Notes: generated by a model not told the origin, from the letters alone. A stretch of DNA of 64,000 bases from Sedimentisphaerales bacterium (GCA_963708075.1 OY970194.1:2656001-2720000); one strand, 5' to 3'. Shown: positions 20,856 through 30,603, numbered from the stretch's first letter. A program made the numbers and translations.

Positions 20856-23800
20856 ATGGCCAGGAAGAAGAACAACTCAACCAAGGCATCCAACGATCTG
20901 CGTGAGCGGGCGGAGCAAGCGCTGGACCTCGAAACCGTGTCGGTGCGCGGCATGGCAGAGAACGAGGTGGTGGCCTTGGTGCATGAGCTGCGCGTCCACC
21001 AGGTCGAGCTGGAGATGCAGAATGAGTCGCTGCGCCAGGCCCAGGTCGATCTGGAGCAGTCGCGGACGAAGTACGCGGAGTTGTTCGACTTTGCTCCGGT
21101 CGGATACATGGTTTTCAATCCGAACGGAATCCTGGTGGAGGCCAACCTGACGGCTACCGGTATGCTGCAAGTGGAGCGGACCCGATTGGTCGGCACGTCG
21201 CTCAACGTATTCCTCCAGCCGGCAAGCCTGGATACGTGGCGATTCCACTACCAGGCGGTGTTCAAGTCCGGCCAGGCGCAGGAGTGCGAGCTTGAACTCA
21301 AGCGCAAGGACAAGACTGAAATGGTGGTGCGGCTTCGCAGCGAGCCCGTGAAGAACGAGCAGGAGGAGGTTATCCAGTGCCGCACCACGATGACCAACGT
21401 CACCGCCCTGGCCAAGGCCGAACGCCGGCTGAAGGATTCCGAGCGGCGGTTCCGCACCTTGGCCGAGAACTCCCCCGATATCATCGCCCGCATCAACGAG
21501 GACCTGCGCATCCTCTACGCCAATCGGCCGGTTGAGAACGTCCTGGGTATTCCTCCCAGCGAATTCATCGGACAGACCATCGATGAGCTCGGCCTGCCGG
21601 ATGAGCTGGTCAATACGTGGACCGGCGAAATCCGGGGGGTTTTCACGTCCGGCAAGGTCGGTCACATCGAGTTCAGCTATGGCGCCGCGCGGGGCGTCCG
21701 CCACTATAGCGCGATCCTCGTGCCGGAATTTGAGGAGGGACACGCCGTCGGCACCGTCCTGGTCAGCGTGCGCGATATTACTCAGCGAGTGGAAGCGGAA
21801 GAGAGGTACAGCACAATCATCCGCAACTCGCTGGAGGGTTTCTGCATCCTCGATCGGACGGGCCGATACATCGAGGTCAATGACAGTTGCTGCCGAATGC
21901 TCGGCCACAGCCGCGAGGAGTTGCTCACGATGTCGTTCGCCGATGTCCTGGCCCCTGAGCAGCGGCAGATAGTGACCGAGCACATGGCTAAGGTCCTCAA
22001 GGAAGGCTACGGCCGCTTCCACACGTGGTACCTGCGCCCGGATGGGCAGCGCGTGGACTGCGATATCAGCGTTCAGAAGCTCAACGGCGACCGCGCCCTT
22101 GTCATGGCCCGCGACGTAACGGAGCAGTACAAGGCGGAAGAGGAACGATTGGAGAGCCTGCGGCGGCTCGAACGCGTCGCAGCAGCCACCAATGACGGCA
22201 TTTGGGACATAGACCTGGAGACCGGCAGGCTCTGGCACAACGAGGCCTACACAACCGCGTTCGGCTACGATCCGGACGAACCCATCTCGCCGACCTGGTG
22301 GCAGGAGCGCATCCACCCGGAAGACAGGGACCGGGTGCTATCCACTCTTGACAGCACCATCCAGGAGGGAAAAGACCGGTGGCAGGCCCGCTACCGCTTC
22401 CAACGCAAGGACGGGTCTTACGCCTGGGTCATGGCCCGTGGCTACGTGCTCCGCGATGAACAGGGCAAGGCGGTGCGCGTCACCGGCTCGATGATCGACC
22501 TGACGGAGAGACTGGAGCTGATCGATCAGTTGGAGAGCGAGCGGACCAAGCTCACGGCGATTCTCCAGACCGTGCAGAGCGGGATCATCGTCGTCGATAC
22601 CAAGGGCCGGCTCATCTACGCCAACCCCGCCCTCCAGGAAATCCACCAGCGTCCCGTCGATATCGGCGAGGCTCTCGAACCGAGCAGGCAGTTCGGCCTG
22701 ATGCACCTCGATGGCACGCCGTATGAGGCGAAGGAGCTGCCCGCCGTTCGCGCTATGACGACCGGGGAAATCATCAGCAAAGTGGAGATGCTCGCCGAGC
22801 GCCCGGACGGGCAGCGGCGACATATCCTGGCCAACGCCAGTCCCCTTCGCGATTCCCAGGGCAAGATCATCGGCGCCGTCGCCATCGTGCAAGACATCAC
22901 GGAGCTCAAAGCCGCCGAGCAGGCGCTGCGCCAAGCTAAGGATGAGTTGGAGCAGAGAATCCGCCGGCGAACGACAGAGCTCGACGCGACCGTGGGCACG
23001 CTTCAGCAGGAAGTGGCCGAGAAGGTCGAAGCCCAGACCCAGTTGATGCGTCAGAACGACGTCCTGCAGAAGATCATCGGCAACATCCCCGTGATGCTGT
23101 ACTTCTATGACTCGCAGGGCAACGTGGCGATGGTCAACCACGAGTTCGAGCGGGTGCTCGGCTATTCTCTCAAAGACATCCAGAAGTCCGACCTCATGGA
23201 GTTGTTCTACCCGGACCCCCAGCAGCGGGAGCAGGTCCGGCAATACATGTTGTCCGGCGAGCCCGGGTGGCGAGATTTCTTCGTGCAGCGCAAGCGCGGA
23301 GGCAAGGTCCTCAGTTCCTGGGCCAACATCCGCCTGGCCGACGACTCCTACGTCGGGATCGGCATCGATATCCGCGAGCGGCAGCGATTCGAGAAACGCC
23401 TGCGCGAGAGCCAGGAACGGTATCGCACACTGGTCGAGATGGCACCCGACGCCATCATCGTCGCGCGGGATGGCACCATCCTGTTCGCCAATCCCACGGC
23501 GGCGAGACTCTTTGGGGCGGACAAGGCCGACGACCTCATCGGACGACCCGCCCTGGACGTTATCCACCCGGACTATCGCCAAGAGACTCAGGAGCAGCAC
23601 GCGGCTGTCCAGATACAGCGGGTGCCGCTGCAATCGGTGGAGAAGAGGATCGTACGTCTCGATGGCAGCTCGCTGGATGTGGAGGCGTCGGCGATGCCGA
23701 TCACGTTCGAGGGCGGTCCGGCTATCCAGATCGTGATGCATGACATCACGGAGCGTAAGCGGGCCGAGGAGCGTTTGCGGCGCAGCGCCTGGCAACTGCA

Positions 23801-25244
23801 GCAGCAGGCGGAACTGCTCAATCTCGCTCATGACACGATCATGGTGCACGACATGGACGGCCGCATTACTTTCTGGAATCGCGGCGCCGAACACACGTAC
23901 GGCTGGACCAGGGAAGAAGCCGTCGGCAAGGTCAGCCACGAGCTTCTCAAGAGCCGCTTCCCTCACAACCTTATGGAGATCACCGCCATGCTTCTGAATC
24001 AGGGCCGGTGGGACGGCGAGCTGACCCACACCACCCGCAGCGGTGAAACGATCATCGTCTCCAGTCGCTGGGCTCTGCAGCGCGATGAGAACGGCCAGCC
24101 CGCCGCCATTTTAGTGATCGACCGCGATATTACCGAGCAGAAGAACGCGGAGATGGCGACCAGCGAGGCGAGACGCTTTGCCGAGAGTGTCATCGACACC
24201 GTGCAGGAGGCATTGCTCGTGCTGGACTCGGGCCTGAAAGTGATCTCAGCCAATCACACGTTCTACGACACGTTCCAGGTTACGCCGGAGGAAACGCAGG
24301 GCCGTTACGTGTATGAGGTCGGTCAGGGCCAGTGGAACATTCCCGAGCTTCGCAAACTCCTGGAGGACATTCTGCCCCACAACACGAGCTTCGAGAGCTT
24401 TGAGGTCGAGCACGAGTTCGATCGCATTGGATACCGCACCATGGTGCTGAATGCCCGTAGAATCTACAGCGAAACACAGGAGACGGAAATGATTCTGCTG
24501 GCGATGCAAGATATCACGATCCGCAAGCAACAGGAGCGGGAGATCCACGAGCATCAGCGCCAGTTGGCCTCGCTGACCGAGGAGCTGCTGTTTGCGGAAG
24601 AGCGGGAACGGCACCGGCTGGCCGTCATGCTGCACGATTCCATCGGGCAATCCCTGGCCTTCTCCAGGCGGGAACTCGGTGTGCTGCAGAAGCGTGTTCC
24701 GGCCGAGATGACCGAGACCATTGAGAACATCAAGGAGCAGATCGATGTGGCAATCCATCAGACCCGCGATTTGACGTTCGAACTGAGCCCCACCACGCTG
24801 CACACGTTCGGCCTGGAGGCAGCGGTCGAGGAGCTTGGCGATCAATTCGCCCGGCATGAGGGATTCAAGTTCCGCTTCGAGGCGACCGCCGAGAAGCTGC
24901 CGCTGACCGAGCAAATCAAGACCCTTCTTTACCGGGCAGCAAGGGAATTGCTTATGAATATTGCGAAACACGCTGATGCGCACAGTGTGTCCGTGCAGAT
25001 CAATAGAACGGATAATAGCATCAGAATTCGGGTCGCCGATGATGGGCGGGGATTCGACGTTTCTGCAATGAGAGACGTTACAGGAGAAAAACAAGGTTTC
25101 GGCATATTCAGTATTCGGGAACGGCTGACGAACGTCGGCGGCTCGTTCCATATTACTTCCGAGCCGGGCAAAGGAACGGAAATCATATTGATTGCACCGT
25201 TAGATGTCCCCAGGGATACGGGAAAGAGGAGTGGCACACCATGA
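20856..25244 (+). CDS. Soluble multi-PAS sensor histidine kinase (HisKA_3/NarQ-type)
   Basis: Many PAS/PAC repeats ending DIT/DVT/DLT; EERERHRLAVMLHDSIGQ; ELLMNIAKHA, DDGRGF, GFGIFSIRER, GKGT. Confidence 0.92.
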   Translation: MARKKNNSTKASNDLRERAEQALDLETVSVRGMAENEVVALVHELRVHQVELEMQNESLRQAQVDLEQSRTKYAELFDFAPVGYMVFNPNGILVEANLTATGMLQVERTRLVGTSLNVFLQPASLDTWRFHYQAVFKSGQAQECELELKRKDKTEMVVRLRSEPVKNEQEEVIQCRTTMTNVTALAKAERRLKDSERRFRTLAENSPDIIARINEDLRILYANRPVENVLGIPPSEFIGQTIDELGLPDELVNTWTGEIRGVFTSGKVGHIEFSYGAARGVRHYSAILVPEFEEGHAVGTVLVSVRDITQRVEAEERYSTIIRNSLEGFCILDRTGRYIEVNDSCCRMLGHSREELLTMSFADVLAPEQRQIVTEHMAKVLKEGYGRFHTWYLRPDGQRVDCDISVQKLNGDRALVMARDVTEQYKAEEERLESLRRLERVAAATNDGIWDIDLETGRLWHNEAYTTAFGYDPDEPISPTWWQERIHPEDRDRVLSTLDSTIQEGKDRWQARYRFQRKDGSYAWVMARGYVLRDEQGKAVRVTGSMIDLTERLELIDQLESERTKLTAILQTVQSGIIVVDTKGRLIYANPALQEIHQRPVDIGEALEPSRQFGLMHLDGTPYEAKELPAVRAMTTGEIISKVEMLAERPDGQRRHILANASPLRDSQGKIIGAVAIVQDITELKAAEQALRQAKDELEQRIRRRTTELDATVGTLQQEVAEKVEAQTQLMRQNDVLQKIIGNIPVMLYFYDSQGNVAMVNHEFERVLGYSLKDIQKSDLMELFYPDPQQREQVRQYMLSGEPGWRDFFVQRKRGGKVLSSWANIRLADDSYVGIGIDIRERQRFEKRLRESQERYRTLVEMAPDAIIVARDGTILFANPTAARLFGADKADDLIGRPALDVIHPDYRQETQEQHAAVQIQRVPLQSVEKRIVRLDGSSLDVEASAMPITFEGGPAIQIVMHDITERKRAEERLRRSAWQLQQQAELLNLAHDTIMVHDMDGRITFWNRGAEHTYGWTREEAVGKVSHELLKSRFPHNLMEITAMLLNQGRWDGELTHTTRSGETIIVSSRWALQRDENGQPAAILVIDRDITEQKNAEMATSEARRFAESVIDTVQEALLVLDSGLKVISANHTFYDTFQVTPEETQGRYVYEVGQGQWNIPELRKLLEDILPHNTSFESFEVEHEFDRIGYRTMVLNARRIYSETQETEMILLAMQDITIRKQQEREIHEHQRQLASLTEELLFAEERERHRLAVMLHDSIGQSLAFSRRELGVLQKRVPAEMTETIENIKEQIDVAIHQTRDLTFELSPTTLHTFGLEAAVEELGDQFARHEGFKFRFEATAEKLPLTEQIKTLLYRAARELLMNIAKHADAHSVSVQINRTDNSIRIRVADDGRGFDVSAMRDVTGEKQGFGIFSIRERLTNVGGSFHITSEPGKGTEIILIAPLDVPRDTGKRSGTP

Positions 25245-25894
25245 CTATACGGGTATTGCTTGCAGACGACCATGCTATTGTACGTCATGGTCTGAGTCGA
25301 TCCATCCAACAGGAGGAAGACATGGAGGTGGTCGGCCAGGCCGGTACGGGGCTGACCGCCATGGAGATGGCCCGGGATTTGATGCCCAACGTTGTGCTCA
25401 TGGACATCAGCATGCCCGACATGAACGGCATGGAGGCAACGCGCCTGATTCTCCGCGAATCTCCTCAACTGAAAGTGATCGCCCTGTCCATGCACTCGGC
25501 CAAGCGGTACGTACGCGAGATGTTCCGGGCCGGCGCCACGGGCTACCTGCTCAAGGACTGCGAGTTCGATGAGTTGATCGGCGCGATCCGCATGGTGGCG
25601 GAGGGGCAAACCTACGTGAGCCCGTCGATCAGCGAGGTGGTCGTAGAAGACTACGTGCGAGGCTCCCTCAAAGAGGAGGCCGACGCCTTTTCCGTCCTGA
25701 CGCAGCGGGAGCGAGAGGTCCTGCAACTCATGGCGGAGGGCAACAGCACCAAGCAGATCGCCGCCAGGCTGTTCATCAGCCCCAAGACCGTGGAGGCCCA
25801 TCGGCTGCGCATCATGCACAAGCTGGACATCGACAACGTAGCACAGCTTACGAAGTACGCGATTCAGGAGGGCCTGACGACACCTGAGCCGTGA
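25241..25894 (+). CDS. NarL/FixJ-family response regulator, cognate of the kinase
   Basis: ATGA overlap with the kinase stop; same length as, and closely similar to, 9408-10061. Confidence 0.95.
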   Translation: MTIRVLLADDHAIVRHGLSRSIQQEEDMEVVGQAGTGLTAMEMARDLMPNVVLMDISMPDMNGMEATRLILRESPQLKVIALSMHSAKRYVREMFRAGATGYLLKDCEFDELIGAIRMVAEGQTYVSPSISEVVVEDYVRGSLKEEADAFSVLTQREREVLQLMAEGNSTKQIAARLFISPKTVEAHRLRIMHKLDIDNVAQLTKYAIQEGLTTPEP

Positions 25895-25979
25895 TTCCTG
25901 CCGAGTCCATGGGGGGGTTCGGCCGCCTGCCAACGGCAGGAGAGGCACGAACATGTCTGACGCATAGCGTTCTTCTTCT

Positions 25980-26675
25980 CTATCGCACGGGTAGCAAGGA
26001 AGCTGGGGCCGAGGCGATCGCCTTGCGCAACTCCTCGATCGCTATCCCTCTGTCCTTTTTGCCGAAGATAGCGCTTCCGACGACCAGAGTATCGGCCCCG
26101 CAGCCGACAACGATCGGCGCCGTTTCCGGCGATATGCCGCCGTCGACCTGAATGCGTGTGGCGGGTCCTACCAGTTCGCGCACCTGCCTGACCTTCTTCG
26201 CCGTTTCCGGGAGGAACTTCTGACCGCCGAATCCCGGGTGAACGGTCATCACCAGGACCAATTCACAGTACGGGGCCACGTCGATGATGCGCAGAACGTC
26301 GGTTTCCGGGTTCAAGGCAACGCCGGCAGTGACCCCGGCCTTATGCAGCTCGTCCACGAGGTCCAGCGGCCTGTCCTCCGTTTCAATGTGGAACGTGATA
26401 TGATCCGCGCCGGCACGAACGAACGCTTCCACGTACTGTCGCGGATTGGAGATCATCAGTTGCACGTCGAAGGCCAGCGCACTGTACCGGCGCAAGGCAG
26501 CCACGACAGGAGGTCCGAAGCTGATGTTCGGGACGAAGTGGCCGTCCATGATGTCGAACTGGATCATCTTGACGCCCGCCGCTTCGACCTCGGCCACCTC
26601 CGCCGCCAATCGGCCGAAATCCGCCGCAAGCACCGACGGCACGATCTCGATTGTGCCCGTCCTTGGTAATCGCAT
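25980..26675 (-). CDS. rpe: Ribulose-phosphate 3-epimerase
   Basis: PSVLAADF, DIMDGHFVPNISFG, VMTVHPGFGGQKF, IQVDGG. Confidence 0.92.
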   Translation of the reverse strand: MRLPRTGTIEIVPSVLAADFGRLAAEVAEVEAAGVKMIQFDIMDGHFVPNISFGPPVVAALRRYSALAFDVQLMISNPRQYVEAFVRAGADHITFHIETEDRPLDLVDELHKAGVTAGVALNPETDVLRIIDVAPYCELVLVMTVHPGFGGQKFLPETAKKVRQVRELVGPATRIQVDGGISPETAPIVVGCGADTLVVGSAIFGKKDRGIAIEELRKAIASAPASLLPVR

Positions 26676-26687
26676 GACACTGCCCCC

Positions 26688-27449
26688 TCAGGCTCCTTCC
26701 GAAGCTCGCTCGGGTCCCTGGGCCTGCTCAAGGCGAGCTGCGGCAAACGGCCAGTTGGCGATCTTCATGAAATTGTCCACCCACGCCGCCCGGTTGTTCT
26801 GATATTGCAGATAGTAGGCGTGCTCCCACACATCGCAGACCAGCAGAGGGATCGTGTTCCAGATCGTGAGATTCTGATGCTTGCCCGCCTGGAGGATCAG
26901 GAGTCTGTCGGCGATCGGCTCGTAGACAAGCACTCCCCAGCCACTGGCCTCGACGGCCTTGGTCGCAGCCGCAAACTGGCTCTGGGCATTCTGCACCGAT
27001 CCGAAACTCCTCTCCAAGGCCCGCGCGAGATTCGACGGTACCTGCGGCTTGTCGGGGCTCATGGAATGCCAGAACAAGGTATGCAGCACGTGGCCGCTGC
27101 CATTGAACGCCAGTTTCTCGCTGAGGGCCTGGATGTGGGTATAGTCGTTGCCCTTGCGAGCCGCTTCGAGTTGTTCCATCGCGGCGTTGAGCCCTTTCAC
27201 ATACGTGTCATGGTGCTTGTCATGGTGGATTCGCAATGTCTTCTCATCATAAATGGGCTCCAGAGCGTTGTAATCATAGGGCAGCGGCGGCAGGCGGTAC
27301 ATGCCGTCCTTGTGCGCCTCTTCGAAAATCTCGGAGGACGAGCCCGACGGCATCTTGCGCCCCAGAACCGATTCTTCCACCGCTCCCATGCTCAAAAAGG
27401 CAAACGGACCGAACTCGAGCAGGTCTCTACGTGAACGGTTTGTCCTCAT
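26688..27449 (-). CDS. Fe/Mn superoxide dismutase with an N-terminal extension
   Basis: LPPLPYDYNALEP, HHDKHH, GHVLHTLFW, DVWEHAYYLQY. Confidence 0.92.
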   Translation of the reverse strand: MRTNRSRRDLLEFGPFAFLSMGAVEESVLGRKMPSGSSSEIFEEAHKDGMYRLPPLPYDYNALEPIYDEKTLRIHHDKHHDTYVKGLNAAMEQLEAARKGNDYTHIQALSEKLAFNGSGHVLHTLFWHSMSPDKPQVPSNLARALERSFGSVQNAQSQFAAATKAVEASGWGVLVYEPIADRLLILQAGKHQNLTIWNTIPLLVCDVWEHAYYLQYQNNRAAWVDNFMKIANWPFAAARLEQAQGPERASEGA

Positions 27450-27839
27450 GATCTATTCCCTTTCGAATCCATGTTGCGAGGTTGTTGCAGCACTGAATCG
27501 AGCCTGAGGGTAAGGTCCGGCCGGGCACCTGACAATGAGCCAACTGCTGAGAAGCATGTAAGAGAATTCCCCGCCCCGCCGGCTCGGGCAGGACGCAGTC
27601 AACAAGACCTCATGGCTACGCAATTGGAGCCATAAGAGCCGGCCTATCAGGGCTTTCCAGAGACATAATGCGGAAACCCCTTAGCCCGGGGCCGTGCCTG
27701 CACACAAGGCCACTCCGTACAATCCTATAGGCAATCCAGTGCAAGTCATGGTTTCCGTTCGACGAGATGTGGGGGCCTTGGCTCCACAGGATGTGCCGGA
27801 AAACAGGAAGTGCTTTAATCACGAAAGGAAGTGTGTGTT

Positions 27840-28272
27840 ATGAAAATCAGCGAGATCATGACAGTCAGGTTTGAAACGATTGATTCTACAAGTACATTGA
27901 CGGATGCGGCCAGGCAAATGAAGGAGTTTAACGTGGGGTTTCTGCCCGTGAAGGAAGGGGCCGGCCTCATCGGAGTCGTCACAGATCGGGATATCGTCAT
28001 CCGGGCGCTGGCTGAGAAACGAGAACCCGGGTTCCACGCAGGTGAAAGACATCATCAGTTCCGATATTGTTTACTGCTTCGAGGACGACAGTATCGAGGA
28101 TGCCGTGAGGCTGATGGAGGCAAATCAGGTCAGACGTCTGATCGTTTGCCGGTCCGACCGAACACCAGTCGGCATCGTCTCTCTCGGGGATATCGCGGTC
28201 AAGGCGGGAGAGGAGTGCCTTTCCGGCGAGGCCCTGGAACAGATCAGCGAGCCGGCAGCACCTTCCAGGTAG
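27840..28272 (+). pseudogene. CBS-pair protein split by a +1 frameshift at about 28030
   Basis: MKISEIMT..GVVTDRDIVIRA continues in another frame as VKDIISSDIV..QVRRL..GIVSLGDIA..EQISEP*. Confidence 0.8.
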
Positions 28273-28337
28273 GACGATCCCCAGATATACGCCGGCAGCA
28301 GCCCTGCTTTGTGGCCGCACGTGGGTTTCTGAATCAC

Positions 28338-29654
28338 ATGAAGATCATAGAGTATTACAGGGCGCCGAATGTTCGATCGCGAATGATCGAGTTTCTCGGC
28401 GGGCATAGTCTGGATGAGGCCACGTGCTATTACATCGGTCGGTGCTGGGACACGATAAGACCGGGGTTCAACATGAGAAAGCCAGGCGACTTGGACGTGT
28501 TCCTGGAAAACGAGTGGGATGTGGCACGCTCGCTGTGGGATAGAGACTGGCTCATGGTGGACCTCGATGTCGAGTACACGAACTTCGAGTTTCCGGCTGA
28601 ACCGTTCCTCGACTACCAGCGCACCTTCGCTTTGCAGCAGCCGGTCCTCCACGCAATCCAGCGGGTGCTGAGCAGTGTGGGGATACAGCCCCTGCACAGC
28701 GTCAGCGGGCGAGGCCATCACTTCGTATGGAAAGTGCATCGCACGAGCGAGGCATTCCAACAGTTGGCCGGGATTGGCAGGCTCTCCCCCGCCCTGGAGC
28801 GACGGTATACTGCTCGGCATCCGCCGGCCGATGAGTCCGTCGGTCTTCAGCTTGGCAAGGCATTCTCGGGATTGGGTCTGGTGATGGAATATGTTGCCTA
28901 CCACGTCCTGTCCGAGTCACAGCCGGCCTGTGCGATCCCTGTGTTTCCTGAAGCTGTGGACTTCGGACCCCAGGAGAGAGGCAGGGAGATGATCTCCCTG
29001 GACATCAGTGAATATGCCGACCCTTTGCACACCCGAGGCGTGCGCATTCCGTTCAGTGTCTACATCAAGCCGTGGCAGCACCCGGAGATGCTCACGCCGG
29101 AGATTCAGGGGAAGGTGCCACTCATGGTGATGGTGCCCAGCAATGGGTTGGACACGCATGAGGTTGCCGCGATTATGCGGGACTTGGGCAAGGCCGCGGA
29201 ATGGGCGTCGCACACAAGCTGCCTTATCCCCGATTGCTCGCACGGAATGGAGGCATTGGCATCACTGTACCTGCGTTCCGATGCCCGCCGGTTTCACGAC
29301 TGGTTCTATTCCGTGGAGCCGGAGCCGCCCGAGGAATGGCCGCTCACCTACGACCGGGCGTCGATGATGGACGTCCCGCCTTATATCAAGTACATCCTGG
29401 AGAATCCCAATGACTCGCTGCTCAAGCCGGGCCCTGTCCGACAGCTTGTGGCCTTTCTCCTGGAACAGGGCTGGCATCCCCGGCATATCGCCGGCTTGAT
29501 TCGATCGAAATACGAGCGAGATCATGGCTGGTTTAACCAGTGGTATATCTATGACGCAGGGATGCGGGCGGACTTCCACGCCCGCGTGCTCGCAGGCATG
29601 ATCAAGATGGGGTATGACCATCAGGCGGACATTCCAGCCGCCGTGCGCGTGTAA
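28338..29654 (+). CDS. Hypothetical protein with archaeo-eukaryotic primase (AEP)-like motifs
   Basis: LMVDLDVE (hhhDhD), SGRGHH, ISLD..RGVRIPFS; C-terminal PPYIKYIL helical region. Confidence 0.6.
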   Translation: MKIIEYYRAPNVRSRMIEFLGGHSLDEATCYYIGRCWDTIRPGFNMRKPGDLDVFLENEWDVARSLWDRDWLMVDLDVEYTNFEFPAEPFLDYQRTFALQQPVLHAIQRVLSSVGIQPLHSVSGRGHHFVWKVHRTSEAFQQLAGIGRLSPALERRYTARHPPADESVGLQLGKAFSGLGLVMEYVAYHVLSESQPACAIPVFPEAVDFGPQERGREMISLDISEYADPLHTRGVRIPFSVYIKPWQHPEMLTPEIQGKVPLMVMVPSNGLDTHEVAAIMRDLGKAAEWASHTSCLIPDCSHGMEALASLYLRSDARRFHDWFYSVEPEPPEEWPLTYDRASMMDVPPYIKYILENPNDSLLKPGPVRQLVAFLLEQGWHPRHIAGLIRSKYERDHGWFNQWYIYDAGMRADFHARVLAGMIKMGYDHQADIPAAVRV

Positions 29655-29715
29655 ACGAGCCTGCTGTCATCCGCGTGCGTGCCCACTTGGCCGCTGACGC
29701 GAGGAGAAACAAACG

Positions 29716-30603
29716 ATGAGCGATTGGCCTGTAGGAATCTCAACCGGATGCTTTTACTACATGAATTTCTTCGATTGTATCCAGCCCATCCTTCGTGGCG
29801 GATTCTCCATGATTGAGATCGCCTCCTCCAGAGGCCACCTCGACTATCACGATAAGCACTCTATGAGAAGAGCGGCGCATGTCCTGGAAAAGGAGGGCAT
29901 TGAAGCCTATTCCTTCCATGCCCCGTTCCGCGAGGACATCGACGTCACCTCGCTCGACGAGGGCGCGCGTGCCCATGCGCTCAAGGAGATCTTCGCGGCG
30001 GCTGAGGCGGCGGCTATTCTCGGCGCCAGGCATTTCGTCTTTCATCCCGGCCCGGAGAAGAGCTATACGCCGGCGCCGGAAGAACGCCTCCTTCGCATGG
30101 ACAACGCCGCGAGGATCATCAACGACGTCTGCGACCGCTGTCGCGAACTTGGTGTGGGCATCGCCCTGGAGAACATGCTGCCACATCTGTTCTTTGGCAA
30201 TATGCGCGACATGTTGTGGATCATCGGCGCCATCGACAGCCCCATCGTCGGCACCTGTCTCGATACGGGACATGCCTTTCTTGCCGGTGACATCTCCAGA
30301 ATCATGTACAAGCTGTCCGGTCATCTGCAATTCCTGCACGCCAACGACAACATGGGCCGGAGCGACGATCATCTGCCTCCGGGCAAAGGCAAGATCGATT
30401 GGAAACCACTGCTGCACGAGTTGAACGAAATTGACTTCGAGGGCGCTTTCATCCTCGAGTTGATGGGCAATGCCCAGAAGAACCCGGAGGAAGTCATGGC
30501 CGAAGCGAGGCAGTCCCGCCGTTACCTCAGAGATCTCTCACGGCGGCTGACCCAGGCCGCCCCGCCGACTGTCCGCGGCGCGGCGAGGAATGTTGCCGAG
30601 TGA
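29716..30603 (+). CDS. Xylose-isomerase-like/AP endonuclease 2 TIM-barrel metalloenzyme
   Basis: FHAPF, FHPG, LENM, LDTGHA, LHAND, DDHLPPGKG.IDW, ILEL. Confidence 0.85.
   Translation: MSDWPVGISTGCFYYMNFFDCIQPILRGGFSMIEIASSRGHLDYHDKHSMRRAAHVLEKEGIEAYSFHAPFREDIDVTSLDEGARAHALKEIFAAAEAAAILGARHFVFHPGPEKSYTPAPEERLLRMDNAARIINDVCDRCRELGVGIALENMLPHLFFGNMRDMLWIIGAIDSPIVGTCLDTGHAFLAGDISRIMYKLSGHLQFLHANDNMGRSDDHLPPGKGKIDWKPLLHELNEIDFEGAFILELMGNAQKNPEEVMAEARQSRRYLRDLSRRLTQAAPPTVRGAARNVAE

Noticed and set aside
27831..29654. 607-aa CBS-AEP fusion in the ORF track
   Set aside because: It is created by the +1 frameshift in the CBS gene; the intervening sequence reads as out-of-frame CBS and the downstream protein has its own ATG at 28338.
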